From Trueperaceae bacterium (GTDB lineage: Bacteria > Deinococcota > Deinococci > Deinococcales > Trueperaceae), in contig JAXHLW010000013.1 of NCBI GenBank assembly GCA_034521815.1, positions 1,600,001 through 1,664,000 of the forward strand: a stretch of DNA of 64,000 bases. Reading direction: 5' to 3'. Both the position numbers and the translations under genes were made by a program. The notes beneath the pieces were generated by a model, which saw nothing but the letters and a program-made list of their open reading frames with translations, ran no database searches and was not told the origin of the DNA. Positions 31,074 to 41,673 of the stretch are shown here, in pieces. Within the stretch, counting starts at the first letter, position 1; each line of letters starts with the position of its first letter.

Positions 31074-32816
31074 ATGGCCAGCAACGCACGCATCGCCGCC
31101 GACCTCGACGAGATCGCCGACCTCCTGGAGCTCCAGGACGCGAACCCGTTCCGGGTCCGGGCGTACCGCAACGCCGCCCGCACCGTTCGCGACGCGGACG
31201 GTCCGGTCCGCACCCGCGTCGAGGCGGGCGAGGACCTGCGCGAGCTTCCCGGCATCGGCAAGGACATCGCGGCGCAGATCGTCCGCAAGGTGAGGGGCGC
31301 GGAGATGGACGCGCTCGCCGAGCTGCGAGCCGCGGTCCCGCGCGGCCTGCTGGACGTCGTCCGCGTACCCGGCGTCGGACCGAAGAAGGCGCGGGCGCTC
31401 TGGTCGGAGCTGGGCGTCGAGTCGCTGGACGCCCTGGAGGCCGCGGCGAAAGAGGGACGGATCGAGGCCCTGAAGGGATTCGGCGCCAAGACGCAGGAGC
31501 GGATCGTGCAAGGCGTCGCGTCCGTACGCCGCTTCGCCGAGCGACGCCGGCGGGCGGACGCCGAGGCCGCGCTGGTTCCGCTCCTCGCCTGGCTGCGCGA
31601 GGACGACGCCGTGCAGCGGCTGGAGGTGGCGGGCAGCTTCCGCAGGGGCCGCGACACGGTCGGCGACGTGGACCTGCTGGTCGTGACCGACGATCCGACC
31701 GCCGTCATGGCGCGTTTCCGCGACTACGAGGAGACCGAGACGGTGCTGGGCTCGGGCGAGGACAAGACCAGCCTGGTGCTCGCGGACGGCCTGCAGGTGG
31801 ACCTGCGCGCCGTCTCCGCGGCGGCGTTCGGCGCGGCGCTGCTCTACTTCACCGGCAGCAAGGCGCACAACGTCCGCCTCCGCCGCAGGGCGAACGAGCG
31901 GGACGCCACGCTGAACGAGTACGGCCTGTGGACGGCGGACGGCGGGGAGCGGATCGCCGGCGCCGATGAAGAGGAGGTGTACGAGGCGCTGGGGCTGCCG
32001 TGGATCCCTCCCGAGCTGCGCGAGGACCGCGGCGAGATCGAGGCCGCCGAGGAGCGGCGGCTGCCGCGGCTGATCCGTGCGGACGACGTCGTGGCGGACC
32101 TGCACACGCACAGCGACTGGAGCGACGGCTCGGCCACCTTGCGCGAGATGCAGGAGGCGGCCGCCGCGAGGGGCCTCGCGGTCCTGGCCGTCACCGACCA
32201 CAGCCCGGCGCTGAAGATGACGGGAGGCCTGGACCGGGACAAGCTGCTGCGCCAGTGGGAGGCGCTGGACGAGCTGGACGGCGCCGTGCCGGGACTGACC
32301 GTCCTGCGCGGTATGGAGGTCGACATCCTGGCGGACGGAACGCTGGACATGGACGACGACCTGCTGGCGCGGATGGACGTGGTCGTGGTGAGCGTGCACG
32401 GCCGCTTCGAGCTGGACGAGGCGCGCCAGACCGAGCGCGTGGTGACCGCGCTGGCGCACCCGTCGGTGAACGTGCTGGGCCATCCCACCGGCAGGCTGCT
32501 GGGGCAGCGCGACGGGTTCGCGATCGATCTGGACGCGGTGATCGCTGCCGCCCGCGAGCACGACGTCGCGCTCGAGATCAACGCGCACCCCGCCAGGCTG
32601 GACCTGGACGACCGCTGGGCACGCGTGGCGGCGAAGGCGGGCGTGCCGATCGCGATCAATACCGACGCGCACGCTCCCGCCGAGCTGGGGCTCCTCCCTC
32701 ACGGCGTGCTGCAGGCCAGGCGGGCGTGGCTGGAGCCGCGGCAGGTGATCAACACCTGGCCGCTGCCGCGCCTGCGCCGGTTCCTGAGCAAGGACCCGGG
32801 GTGGCGCGAGGATTGA
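31074..32816 (+). CDS. polX: DNA polymerase/3'-5' exonuclease PolX
   Basis: NPFRVRAY, HhH motifs, AGSFRR..TVGDVD, YFTGSK, PHP domain DLHTHS..SDG, TDHS, NTDAH. Confidence 0.95.
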   Translation: MASNARIAADLDEIADLLELQDANPFRVRAYRNAARTVRDADGPVRTRVEAGEDLRELPGIGKDIAAQIVRKVRGAEMDALAELRAAVPRGLLDVVRVPGVGPKKARALWSELGVESLDALEAAAKEGRIEALKGFGAKTQERIVQGVASVRRFAERRRRADAEAALVPLLAWLREDDAVQRLEVAGSFRRGRDTVGDVDLLVVTDDPTAVMARFRDYEETETVLGSGEDKTSLVLADGLQVDLRAVSAAAFGAALLYFTGSKAHNVRLRRRANERDATLNEYGLWTADGGERIAGADEEEVYEALGLPWIPPELREDRGEIEAAEERRLPRLIRADDVVADLHTHSDWSDGSATLREMQEAAAARGLAVLAVTDHSPALKMTGGLDRDKLLRQWEALDELDGAVPGLTVLRGMEVDILADGTLDMDDDLLARMDVVVVSVHGRFELDEARQTERVVTALAHPSVNVLGHPTGRLLGQRDGFAIDLDAVIAAAREHDVALEINAHPARLDLDDRWARVAAKAGVPIAINTDAHAPAELGLLPHGVLQARRAWLEPRQVINTWPLPRLRRFLSKDPGWRED

Positions 32817-32939
32817 CGGCCGCGCGGATCGACGGCCGCGCGGATCGACGTTCGCACGTGGCTGACGGCCCCGCCGTCGATCGCCGTGTGCCACGGCGGG
32901 CCGCGGTATCGTCTGGACCGACACGGAGGAGGCATCGCC

Positions 32940-33299
32940 TTGAGACCGATCGATCCGACCGACATCCAGACGGAGCTCGCACGCAAGGCAGGACGCGACG
33001 TGTACCTGCACCTCGAGACGACCACGGGAAGCTACACCTCGTTGGAGCCGGAGCCCACGCCGCCCTGCATCGCGTTCGTCCGCAACGCGCGCATCCGCTA
33101 CGAGCGCGGCGCGGTGAAGGGGCCGGGCCCGTACCGGGTCGGCCTCAAGATGGACGACGGCTGGGTGTACGGCGACGGCCTGACCCACGCGGAGGTCGAC
33201 GACGAGGGCCGCCTGCTGATGGCGGGCTACGACGATCAGGGCCGGGTGCGGCTGGCGTTCGAGATCAGCGAGACGCCGTTCCGGGAAGGCGTGTCGTGA
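32940..33299 (+). CDS. yojF: YojF (DUF1806) family protein
   Basis: VYLHLETTTG, FVRNA, GPYRVGLK, GWVY..GLTH. TTG start after GGAGGAGG. Confidence 0.88.
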   Translation: MRPIDPTDIQTELARKAGRDVYLHLETTTGSYTSLEPEPTPPCIAFVRNARIRYERGAVKGPGPYRVGLKMDDGWVYGDGLTHAEVDDEGRLLMAGYDDQGRVRLAFEISETPFREGVS

Positions 33300-34036
33300 G
33301 CGCCGCCGATCCGGCACCGACCGCGGCCGCGACCAGCGACGAGTTCACCGTGCACGGACCGGTCGCCCAGCGGCACTTGCTGGTCGTGCTCCCCCATCCC
33401 GACGACGAGAGCTTCTCCTCGGGCGGGACGATGGCCATGCACGCCGACGCCGACGTGCCGGTCACGTACCTGTGCGGCACCTACGGCGACATGGGGCGAA
33501 ACATGGGGGTGCCGTTCTTCGCGAACCGAGAGACGCTCCGCGACGTCCGGGAGCAGGAGCTGCGCGAGGCGTGTCGCATCCTGGGCGCGGACGTTCGTTT
33601 GATGGGCTTGCGCGACAAGACGGTCGAGTTCGAGGACCCTGACGAGCTGGCTGCCCGCATCGCCACGGTGATCGCGGAGCTGGGCGCCGACCTGGTGATC
33701 TCGTTCTACCCGGGGCACGGCGTCCATCCCGATCACGACGCGATGGGCGAAGCGACGCTGCGCGCCGTGAAGCGCCTCGCCGAGGACGAGCGGCCCACGT
33801 TCTGGGCGGTCGCGGTCGGCGAGCGCGACGGGCTCGAACAGGTGCTCGGACCGCCCGACGTACGCGTCGACATTCGGGCGTGGGCCGACCGCAAGCGGTC
33901 GGCCCTCGAGGCGCACACCACGCAGACGAAGACGATGTTCGCGCGGATGGAGACGCAAGCGGCCGGCGACGAGCACCTGCGCGAGCGTCTCGAGGAGGGT
34001 CGCCGGGTGGAACGGTTCTACGACCTGACCCCATAG
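33296..34036 (+). CDS. bshB2: Bacillithiol biosynthesis deacetylase BshB2 (PIG-L family)
   Basis: PHPDDES, GDMGRNMG.PFFANRE, GLRDKTVEFE, VHPDHDA. Coupled to yojF as in Bacillus. Confidence 0.9.
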   Translation: MSAADPAPTAAATSDEFTVHGPVAQRHLLVVLPHPDDESFSSGGTMAMHADADVPVTYLCGTYGDMGRNMGVPFFANRETLRDVREQELREACRILGADVRLMGLRDKTVEFEDPDELAARIATVIAELGADLVISFYPGHGVHPDHDAMGEATLRAVKRLAEDERPTFWAVAVGERDGLEQVLGPPDVRVDIRAWADRKRSALEAHTTQTKTMFARMETQAAGDEHLRERLEEGRRVERFYDLTP

Positions 34037-34190
34037 CGTTCCGCTCACTGGAATTCGGGGCGTACCTCGTTCGGCATGGGTCCACGATCGTTTCTTCGAA
34101 GTGTGGCGGCCTTCGGTGCACGTCGCCAGGCCATGGCGTACAGTGCTGCAACGATCCGCAGCCAGGGATCGTGTTTCCGGAGGTAGAAGC

Positions 34191-34577
34191 ATGAACCACG
34201 TCGAAGCCAAGGTGATGGTCCCGGAGGACCGCCTGGCAGAGTTCTACGCGCTGATGGGACGCTGGCTCGCGGGCGAAGCCACGCTCCCGTCGGTAAGGCG
34301 CGGGTCGCGCAGGTCCAGGCGCGCCAGCGGCCCGTCCGCCAGCAGCTACGCCGCGATCGGCACGCACCTCGCCGACACGTCCGGTCGCGAGGCCACGTTG
34401 TCGTTCGATCAGATCGAGTCGATCATCGGCCGTCAGCTGCCGGCCTCCGCGCACCGGCATCGCGCCTGGTGGGCGAACACCGACACGCACTCCCAGGCGC
34501 TGACCTGGCTGTCGGCAGGCTGGAAGGTCGAGGCCGCCGACCTGGACGCCAAGGAAGTGACGTTCGTCCGCGACTGA
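34191..34577 (+). CDS. Small protein with DUF7662-like domain
   Basis: LSFDQIESIIG..LPASA..HRAWWAN..HSQA..WL.AGWKV pattern. RBS GGAGG. Confidence 0.7.
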   Translation: MNHVEAKVMVPEDRLAEFYALMGRWLAGEATLPSVRRGSRRSRRASGPSASSYAAIGTHLADTSGREATLSFDQIESIIGRQLPASAHRHRAWWANTDTHSQALTWLSAGWKVEAADLDAKEVTFVRD

Positions 34578-34687
34578 CGCACGCACGACCGCACGACCGT
34601 CCGGACCGTGAGCCGCGTCACGCCCGACGTCCGGGCATCGAGGTCGAGCGAGGGGGCGCCCGCGGGCGCCCCTGTCCTCTCGGCCCG

Positions 34688-35902
34688 TCAATCGAGCCTC
34701 ATCCGGTCCAGCTCCGCCTGTCGCTGGGCCTCGCGCTTGCGAGCCGCGGGCGACCTGAGCCAGCGGCCGAGCCGCTCGCTGAGCAGGTCGTAGCGGCCGA
34801 AGACGACGCTGCCCAGCAGGATCGACACGATCACGTACGACGACACCGTGGAGCGGAGCGCCTCCTGGATCTCCGGATCGATCTGCGGCGCGACCGCGGC
34901 CAGACCGATGATCACCAGGCTGAACTCGCCACGCGGCAACAGCATCAGGCCGTGCCCCACGCTCCCTCGCAACGACAGGCCGCTGAAGCGCCCCGCCACG
35001 AACCCGGTCGCGAGCTGCGTCACGCTGGTCACGACGAGCAGCAGCAGCGCCAGCGGCAGGTACCGTCCGGCCCCCACGAGCTCGACGTGCAGACCGACGT
35101 CGAAGAAGAAGGCGGCGGCGGCGACCTGGTGCCACGAGCCCAGGCTCTCCTCCACGCGCTCGCGATACCGAGATTCCGACACGACCATCCCCAGCAGGAA
35201 CGCCGCGACCGCTTCTGGGAAGCCGAGCTCCGCGGCGCCCAGGGAGAACAGCAGGACCAGCGCCAGCAACAGCAGCACCAGCGCCTCTCCCTCGCGGCTC
35301 AGGAGCCGTTCCAGGCCCTCCCGCCCGAAGCGCAGGAACAGGCCGTACGCGGCCAGGAACGCCAGCACGCCCGCGAACTGCCACGGACTTCCGCCCGCCG
35401 TCGCGAGGCCCAGCCCGCCCAACACCACGACCATCGCCAGGTCCTCGTACACCAGCACGCCCAGGGTGCGCTCGGCTTCGGGGTAGGCGACCAGGTCCCG
35501 TTCGGAAAGCAGCTTGGCGATGACGCCACTGCTGCTGATGTACGTCGCAGCTCCCAGGAAGGCCGCCCCCCAGAGCCCGAAGCCCAGCGCCAAGCCCAGC
35601 GCCGCTCCCACCAGCAGGTTCACCAGGTCGATCGATCCGGCGATCATCGTGCGGCGCCCGCCCTCGGCGAAACGGGCCAGCGAGAACTCGAGGCCCATGA
35701 AGAACAGCAGCAGCAGCAGGCCCAGCTCGCCGAACAGGTCGGTGATCTCGCTGGGCTCGAACACCGGAACGAGGCCGCCCGGTCCGAGCAGCAGGCCGAC
35801 GACGATGAACCCGACGACGGTCGAGACGCCGATCTTCTTCGACCCCCAGGCCGCGAGGTAGAGGGCCAGCGCGATCAGGCCGAGCTCGAGCGTCGGGGTC
35901 AC
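34688..35902 (-). CDS. CPA2 cation:proton antiporter (KhtU/YhaU-like)
   Basis: LFFMGLEFS, ISSSG, VYEDL, PRGEFS. Confidence 0.9.
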   Translation of the reverse strand: MTPTLELGLIALALYLAAWGSKKIGVSTVVGFIVVGLLLGPGGLVPVFEPSEITDLFGELGLLLLLFFMGLEFSLARFAEGGRRTMIAGSIDLVNLLVGAALGLALGFGLWGAAFLGAATYISSSGVIAKLLSERDLVAYPEAERTLGVLVYEDLAMVVVLGGLGLATAGGSPWQFAGVLAFLAAYGLFLRFGREGLERLLSREGEALVLLLLALVLLFSLGAAELGFPEAVAAFLLGMVVSESRYRERVEESLGSWHQVAAAAFFFDVGLHVELVGAGRYLPLALLLLVVTSVTQLATGFVAGRFSGLSLRGSVGHGLMLLPRGEFSLVIIGLAAVAPQIDPEIQEALRSTVSSYVIVSILLGSVVFGRYDLLSERLGRWLRSPAARKREAQRQAELDRMRLD

Positions 35903-36423
35903 GAGTCGGCCTTCTTGTCGCCCTCCTCGATCAGGCGGCGCGCGGCGTCGGTCTGATCGTCGTCGCCGATGAGCAGCAGCGTGTCGCCCGCCTCGAACAC
36001 CGTGTCGATCGGCGGGTTCGGAATCGCGTCGTCGCCGCGGATGACGGCCACGACGCTGGCGCCCGTGGTCTGGCGCAGGCGCGACTCGGCCAGCGTGTGA
36101 CCCACCATGGCGGAGTCCTGGTCCAAGCCGACCCACTCGATCTCGAGCGCGCCCATGACCAGCTCGAGCTTGTCGAGCTCGGGCGCGCCGACCATCGCGG
36201 CGCCCAGCAGGTTGGCGACTTGCTGAGCCTCGTCGCGCTCGAGCTTGACGACGTCGGACGGCCGGTCCTCGTCGGGCTGAAAGTGGAACAGCTGACGCTC
36301 ACCGTCGGGGCGAACGATGATGGCGACGTTGCCGCCGTTGCGAAGCGGCATCACGTACTTCTTGCCGATGCCCGGAAGCGTCGCTTCGCGGACCTCGATG
36401 GGCTTGGACTCGGAATCGCTCAT
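35899..36423 (-). CDS. K+/H+ antiporter regulatory subunit (KhtT-like, TrkA_C)
   Basis: LPGIGKKY, LRQTTGASVVAVIR, GDTLLLIG. Confidence 0.9.
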   Translation of the reverse strand: MSDSESKPIEVREATLPGIGKKYVMPLRNGGNVAIIVRPDGERQLFHFQPDEDRPSDVVKLERDEAQQVANLLGAAMVGAPELDKLELVMGALEIEWVGLDQDSAMVGHTLAESRLRQTTGASVVAVIRGDDAIPNPPIDTVFEAGDTLLLIGDDDQTDAARRLIEEGDKKADS

Positions 36424-36501
36424 GCCGGCATGATACGCACGGCCCGGTCGCGACCCGGTAGGGCGCTGCCATGAGCTCCGCCCAGGTCGACGTTTCGTCC
36501 C

Positions 36502-38184
36502 TCAGCCGCGACCGTGGCTGACGGACGCAGCCGTGGACGCGGCGGACGGCACCGGCGCGGGGTCGCGGCTGCCACGACCTGCGCCGCTCTCGGCCTCGCC
36601 GCCCGCCGGCTCGTCGTTTACCGTCGACGCTCGCGCCACGCCGTCGTCCAGCTCCGCCTCGGGCAGACGCGCCACGACCACCAACGCGACGACCGTGACC
36701 ACCAGCGCGACGACGAACACTTCGGAGACGGCGCCTCCGAGCAGACTCCTCAGCGAAGCGAGGAACGCCGCGAACCGGTCGGCGCCCAGCAGGGGCACGA
36801 CGGTGCGGCGGACGGCGTCGACCCGGTCCGGATCGGTCAACAGGTTCGGGTCGCTCAACGACGCGAGGACCGACGCCGGCACCTTGGCGGCGTCGTCCGC
36901 GAGCAGCCCCGGCAGGCCCGCCCGGACCCGTCCAGCCACGATGGCGCCGAAGATCGTGACGCCCAGCGTGCCGCCGATCTGGCGGAAGAACTGGTTCGCG
37001 GAGGTCGCGGCGCCCAGCAGGTGGATCGGCAGCGCGTTCTGGACCGCCAGGGTCAGGAGCGAGTTCGTCGGGCCGATGCCGGTCCCCAGCACCACCATCC
37101 ATGCCACCACCGTGACCATCGGCGTGTCCGGGCCGAAGGTCGCCGTCGCCGCGAAGCCGACGGCCATCAGGGCCACGCCGATGGCGATCCAGCGTCGGTA
37201 GCGGCCGGTGCGGCTAGCCAGCCAGCCGCTGAGCGTGGAACCCAGCACGACGCCGATCATCATCGGCGCGAGCACGAACCCGGACGCGGCGGCGCTGCCT
37301 CCTTGGACGCCCTGGATATAGAGCGGGAGGTAGATCACCGCGCCGAACAGGCCGATGCCGGTGAGGAACGCGGCGATGTTGGCCACGCGGTAGGTCCGGT
37401 CGCGGAACAGGGCCGGATCGAGGGTGGGGTGCGAGCTGCGCAGCTGCACGACCACGAACCCCGCCAGGCCGACCGCCGCCAGCGCGAACGCCGACACGAC
37501 GCGAACGTCGGTCCACGGGTACGTCGTCCCGGCCCAGGTGAGGGCCACCAACAGCGGCACGGTGCCTGTGATCAGCAGGACCGTGCCGGGCAGATCGATC
37601 CCGGATCCGGGCCGGCGTACCGACCGCGGCAGGTAGCGACGGACGATCTCGAACGCGATGACCGCCACCGGCACGTTCACGAAGAACACCCAGCGCCAGC
37701 CGAGCGTGTCGGTCAGAAGGCCACCGACCAGCGGTCCGATGACGCTGGATACGCCGAACACCGCGCCGGTGAGCCCCTGGTAACGACCTCGCTCGCGCGG
37801 AGCGAAGATGTCGCCGATCGCGGCCCAGCTCATGCTGATCAGGGCGCCTCCGCCGATCCCCTGGAGCGCGCGGAACGCGACGAGCTGTCCCATCGACTGC
37901 GACGCGCCCGCCAGCAGCGAGGCGACGGTGAACGCCACGATGCCGGCCAGCAGGACGGGTCGCCGGCCGACCACATCGCTGATCCGCCCGTAGATCGGAA
38001 GCGTGACGGTGGACGCCAGCGAGAACGACGTGAACGCCCAGGCGTAGAGGTCGAACCCCTCGAGCTCGGCGATGATCCGGGGCAGCGCGGTGCCGACGAC
38101 GGTCATGTTCAGCGACGACAGGAACAGCACGGCCAGCACGCCGCCCAAGGCGGCCATCTTCTCGCGCTGCGTCGCGTCAGCCAT
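36502..38184 (-). CDS. DHA2 (EmrB/QacA-like) MDR MFS transporter
   Basis: TVVGTALP, GRISDVVGRR, RALQGIGGG, GPLVGG, WRWVFFVNVP. Confidence 0.93.
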   Translation of the reverse strand: MADATQREKMAALGGVLAVLFLSSLNMTVVGTALPRIIAELEGFDLYAWAFTSFSLASTVTLPIYGRISDVVGRRPVLLAGIVAFTVASLLAGASQSMGQLVAFRALQGIGGGALISMSWAAIGDIFAPRERGRYQGLTGAVFGVSSVIGPLVGGLLTDTLGWRWVFFVNVPVAVIAFEIVRRYLPRSVRRPGSGIDLPGTVLLITGTVPLLVALTWAGTTYPWTDVRVVSAFALAAVGLAGFVVVQLRSSHPTLDPALFRDRTYRVANIAAFLTGIGLFGAVIYLPLYIQGVQGGSAAASGFVLAPMMIGVVLGSTLSGWLASRTGRYRRWIAIGVALMAVGFAATATFGPDTPMVTVVAWMVVLGTGIGPTNSLLTLAVQNALPIHLLGAATSANQFFRQIGGTLGVTIFGAIVAGRVRAGLPGLLADDAAKVPASVLASLSDPNLLTDPDRVDAVRRTVVPLLGADRFAAFLASLRSLLGGAVSEVFVVALVVTVVALVVVARLPEAELDDGVARASTVNDEPAGGEAESGAGRGSRDPAPVPSAASTAASVSHGRG

Positions 38185-38668
38185 CGGCGTCGCTCTCGGC
38201 ATCGTCGGCTGGCTCCATCGTGAATGTGGGGCTCACGCGCGTCTCCGCCAGTCCGGCGAGGCCGGTCGCCAGGTCCGCCGCCCGCTCCGTCGGGAGGTCG
38301 GGCCACGCGTCCGCCAGCGCCTGCGCCAGCACGGCGCGAGCCTCGCCGGTCGCCGCGCGGCCCGCCTCGGTCAGCGTGAGCACGACGTGGCGTCGGTCGT
38401 GCTCGCTGTCGTGCCGTCCGACCCAGCCGCGGTCGACCAGCCGTTGCACGGCGCGGGTCACGCTCGGAGGGGGCAGGTTGAGCGTCTCCGCCACCCGGCC
38501 GGGGCGCAGGTCGCCCCGATCGAGGGCGGCGAGGACGAACATCTCGCGCAGCGACAGCGCGTGGCTGTCGCGCAACGCCTCGTCCATCACCCCCTCGACG
38601 GTCCGGTCCAGGCGGACCAGGCTGCGCGCCAGTTCGAGGAACGCGGCCTGCCGCGCAGTCATTTCCAT
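38177..38668 (-). CDS. MarR family regulator
   Basis: VTRAVQRLVDRGWV, DRR, LTEAG. Confidence 0.9.
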   Translation of the reverse strand: MEMTARQAAFLELARSLVRLDRTVEGVMDEALRDSHALSLREMFVLAALDRGDLRPGRVAETLNLPPPSVTRAVQRLVDRGWVGRHDSEHDRRHVVLTLTEAGRAATGEARAVLAQALADAWPDLPTERAADLATGLAGLAETRVSPTFTMEPADDAESDADG

Positions 38669-38794
38669 TCGGAAAGATTTACCATGGAACGACCCGAGGC
38701 CGCGTCCGTTCGACCCGCCGAGTCGACGAGTCGACGGCGAGCGACGCGAGTCGCGAGCCCGCTCAGCGTCGCGCGCGACCGCTCCGGATCCAGC

Positions 38795-39442
38795 TCAGTC
38801 CAGCAGGTCGTGCTCGATCGCCCAGCGCACCAGCTCGGCCCGCGTGCGCACCCCCAGCTTCTCGCTGGCGCGCTCGCGGTACGTCGCGACCGTCTTCTCG
38901 CTGATCCCCAGCATCTCCGCGATCTCGCGATAGGTCGAGCCGTGCGCGATCTGCTTGACGACCTCGTGCTCCCGACCCGTCAGGCGGGCGTGCTTGTACG
39001 GATCGCCGCTCGCCATCTCGCGAGCCAGCTCGGCCAGCAGCCGTGCAGGGGCGTAGTACTCGCCGCGCGACACCGCCAGGATCGCGTCGACCAGCTGCGT
39101 CTCGACGCTGGTCTTGGGGACGTAGCCGGTGCCGCCGGCCTCCAGGAAGCCCTGAACGTACTCGGGATCCTCGTGCATCGAAAGCGCCACGTAGCGAGCG
39201 GAGGGCAGCACCGCCTTGAGCGCCCGGGCGGTCTCGATCCCGTTCATGCCGGGGAGCGACAGGTCCAACAGGACCACGTCGGGGTTCACCTCCGGCGCCA
39301 GCCGCAAGGCGTCCTCGCCGCTTTCCGCCTCCCCCACCACCTCGAACCCCTCTTGCGATTCGAGCAGCATGCACACGCCGGCGCGGACGATGGCGTGATC
39401 GTCGACGACGAACAGCCGGACACGATTCTTCATGTCGGCCAT
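38795..39442 (-). CDS. NarL/LuxR family response regulator
   Basis: VVDDHAIVRAG, LLDLSLPG, GYVPK, LTGREHEV, ISEKTV. Confidence 0.95.
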   Translation of the reverse strand: MADMKNRVRLFVVDDHAIVRAGVCMLLESQEGFEVVGEAESGEDALRLAPEVNPDVVLLDLSLPGMNGIETARALKAVLPSARYVALSMHEDPEYVQGFLEAGGTGYVPKTSVETQLVDAILAVSRGEYYAPARLLAELAREMASGDPYKHARLTGREHEVVKQIAHGSTYREIAEMLGISEKTVATYRERASEKLGVRTRAELVRWAIEHDLLD

Positions 39443-39443
39443 C

Positions 39444-40595
39444 CTATCCGGCTCGACGCGGCAAGCGGGCGTGGACCGTCGTTCCGCGGCCCGGAGTCGT
39501 CTCGATGCTCAGCGATCCTCCGAGCAGCTGAAGACGCTCGCGCATGCCCACGATCCCCACCTCGTCCGCCGGCGAGAGCGCCGACGGGTCGAAGCCCGTG
39601 CCGTCGTCCTCGACGACCAGCTGGATCTGCCGCTCGCCTGCCGTGGCGACCACCGACACGCTGGACGCCTGCGCGTGGCGAGCCACGTTGGTCAGCGCCT
39701 CCTGGCAGACCCGGTACAGCACCGTCTCCTCCACGCTCGAGAGCCTGGGGAGGTGCACGGCCACCTGCGTCTCGAGTCCGTAACGCTCGTGGAGCTCGCG
39801 CGCGAAACGGCGCACGGCCGCCTCGAGGCCGAGAGCGTCCAGCACCGAGGGCCTGAGGTCCAGCGCGATGCGCCGCACGTCGCCCAGCGTGGCGGAGGTG
39901 AGCTCCTTGAGCCTCGTCAGCTCGACGGGGTCGGGCTTTTCGGTCGCAGCGTCGAGCCCCAGCAGCAGACCGGTCAGCGCCTGGCCGATCTGGTCGTGAA
40001 GATCGCGCGAGATCCGAACGCGCTCCTCCTCCTGGGCCGTGAGCAGCGCGCCGATCAGGCGCGCCCGCTGGCGCTCCTTCTCCGTCAGCCGGGCCTGCAA
40101 GGCCGCGCGCCTGAGGCCCGAGGCGACCAAGGTCGCCACCGTCCGAAGGAACGCCGTCGCGTCGTCGCGACCTCCCTCGCCCACCCCCTCGCCCATCCCC
40201 TCGCCCACGATCAGCGACAGCGCGGCCCGTCGCTCGACCGGCACCGTCCAGCGCGCGCCCTGGGCGACGGGGTCGCCGCTCGCGATCGCCCGCCGAATCC
40301 CATCGTCCAGCCCCGGCCGCCCGGTCGCGTCGCCCATGACCTCGGACGTGACGTCCGGATCGGGCGGATCGTCGCTCCCCGGCACGCGGACCGTGGCGAC
40401 CGGCTCGGGCGCGCCTTTCACGATCCGGAACGCGGTGCCGCCCGAAAAGCCGCCCATGTCGATCAGACACGCCAGTGCGCGCTCGAGGACCTGACGCTCG
40501 CCCGGGCTGCGCGCGATCTCGCCTCCCAGCCGGTGCAGCGTCGCCAGCTCGCGGGTCCGCCGATCCGCCGGCTCGACCGGAGCGTCGGCCGTCAC
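39444..40595 (-). CDS. Cytoplasmic HisKA_3 sensor kinase with GAF-like N-terminus
   Basis: EEERVRISRDLHDQIGQ, LRPSVLD.LGL, QEALTNVARHA, DDGTGF. No clear TM. Confidence 0.92.
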   Translation of the reverse strand: MTADAPVEPADRRTRELATLHRLGGEIARSPGERQVLERALACLIDMGGFSGGTAFRIVKGAPEPVATVRVPGSDDPPDPDVTSEVMGDATGRPGLDDGIRRAIASGDPVAQGARWTVPVERRAALSLIVGEGMGEGVGEGGRDDATAFLRTVATLVASGLRRAALQARLTEKERQRARLIGALLTAQEEERVRISRDLHDQIGQALTGLLLGLDAATEKPDPVELTRLKELTSATLGDVRRIALDLRPSVLDALGLEAAVRRFARELHERYGLETQVAVHLPRLSSVEETVLYRVCQEALTNVARHAQASSVSVVATAGERQIQLVVEDDGTGFDPSALSPADEVGIVGMRERLQLLGGSLSIETTPGRGTTVHARLPRRAG

Positions 40596-40658
40596 CCGTT
40601 CGTCACCCTGTTCATCACGCCCTCGTCACGCCCTCGTCACGCCGTCGTCACGGTCTCA

Positions 40659-41213
40659 TCACCCCGCGGACGATGGGCCGGCGTGCCCGGCGTCCTCCGC
40701 CGCGTCCGCGTCGGTGCCGCGAACGTCCTCGGGTCGCACCATCAGGACGGGCACCGCCAAGCGACGCAGGGCGCGTTCGGCGACGCTGCCCAGCAGCGCT
40801 CGCGAAAGGCCGGTTCGTCCGTGCGTGGCCATGGCGACCAGATCGGGCCGGTGCTCCACGCACCAGGCGACGATCTCCTCGGCGGGATCGCCGAACGCCG
40901 TCGCCAGGTCGACGGTCCAGCCGTCGCGCTCCAGCCGCCGCGAGGGCGGTCCCAGCTCGTCGCGCAGACGCTGGCGGGCGCTCTCCCACTCCTGGCTGTC
41001 CCAGACGTGCGCGGCCTCCTCGGGCTCGGGAAGGATCATCTCGGAGGTGACCGTCCGGCGTGCGGGCGGCGCACCGACATGCGGTGGCGCGTCGCCCACG
41101 CGAAAGAGCGTGATCCGCGCCCGCTCGGGAACGAACAGCGAACGCACGGCGGTCAGGATGGAACGGCTGAACGCCGAGCCGTCCAGCGGCACGAGAACCC
41201 GGATCTCAGCCAC
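40659..41213 (-). CDS. Universal stress protein
   Basis: VLVPLDGS, MATHGRTGL, LGSVAE. Confidence 0.92.
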   Translation of the reverse strand: MAEIRVLVPLDGSAFSRSILTAVRSLFVPERARITLFRVGDAPPHVGAPPARRTVTSEMILPEPEEAAHVWDSQEWESARQRLRDELGPPSRRLERDGWTVDLATAFGDPAEEIVAWCVEHRPDLVAMATHGRTGLSRALLGSVAERALRRLAVPVLMVRPEDVRGTDADAAEDAGHAGPSSAG

Positions 41214-41673
41214 GCTCCTCGCGCTCCAGCTCCTCGTCGCTCGCGCGGATGACCATGAACGGCTTCTTGGAGCGCCGAAGAGCGCCCTCGGCGACCGATC
41301 CGAACATCCAGCGGTCCATTCCGCGACGCCCGTGCGTGCCCATGATCACCAGGTCGTGGTCCGCTTCCGCCTCGTGGATCGCGTCCGGCGGCCGGCGGTT
41401 CTCGATCAGCCGGGCCTCGGCCTCGACGCCCTGCTGCTCGGCCAACGCCAGCGCCTCGTCGAGGATCTCCTGCCCCGCCTTCTTCAGATCCTGGTAGAGC
41501 TGCGCCGAGTACGGCAACGCCTCGGGCGCCGCGTAGCCCGCCACGAGCGGGTTCTCCAGCACGTGCAGAAAGGTGACGGAGGACCCGAGCAGGCGCGCGA
41601 GCTCCAGCCCCTTGCGGGTCGCCTTGCGCGCGCACCCGCTTCCGTCCGTCGGCATCAGGATACGGTCGTACAC
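41206..41673 (-). CDS. Universal stress protein
   Basis: YDRILMPTDGS, IMGTHGRRG, FGSVAE. GTG start after GGGAGAGAGG. Confidence 0.92.
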   Translation of the reverse strand: MYDRILMPTDGSGCARKATRKGLELARLLGSSVTFLHVLENPLVAGYAAPEALPYSAQLYQDLKKAGQEILDEALALAEQQGVEAEARLIENRRPPDAIHEAEADHDLVIMGTHGRRGMDRWMFGSVAEGALRRSKKPFMVIRASDEELEREERG

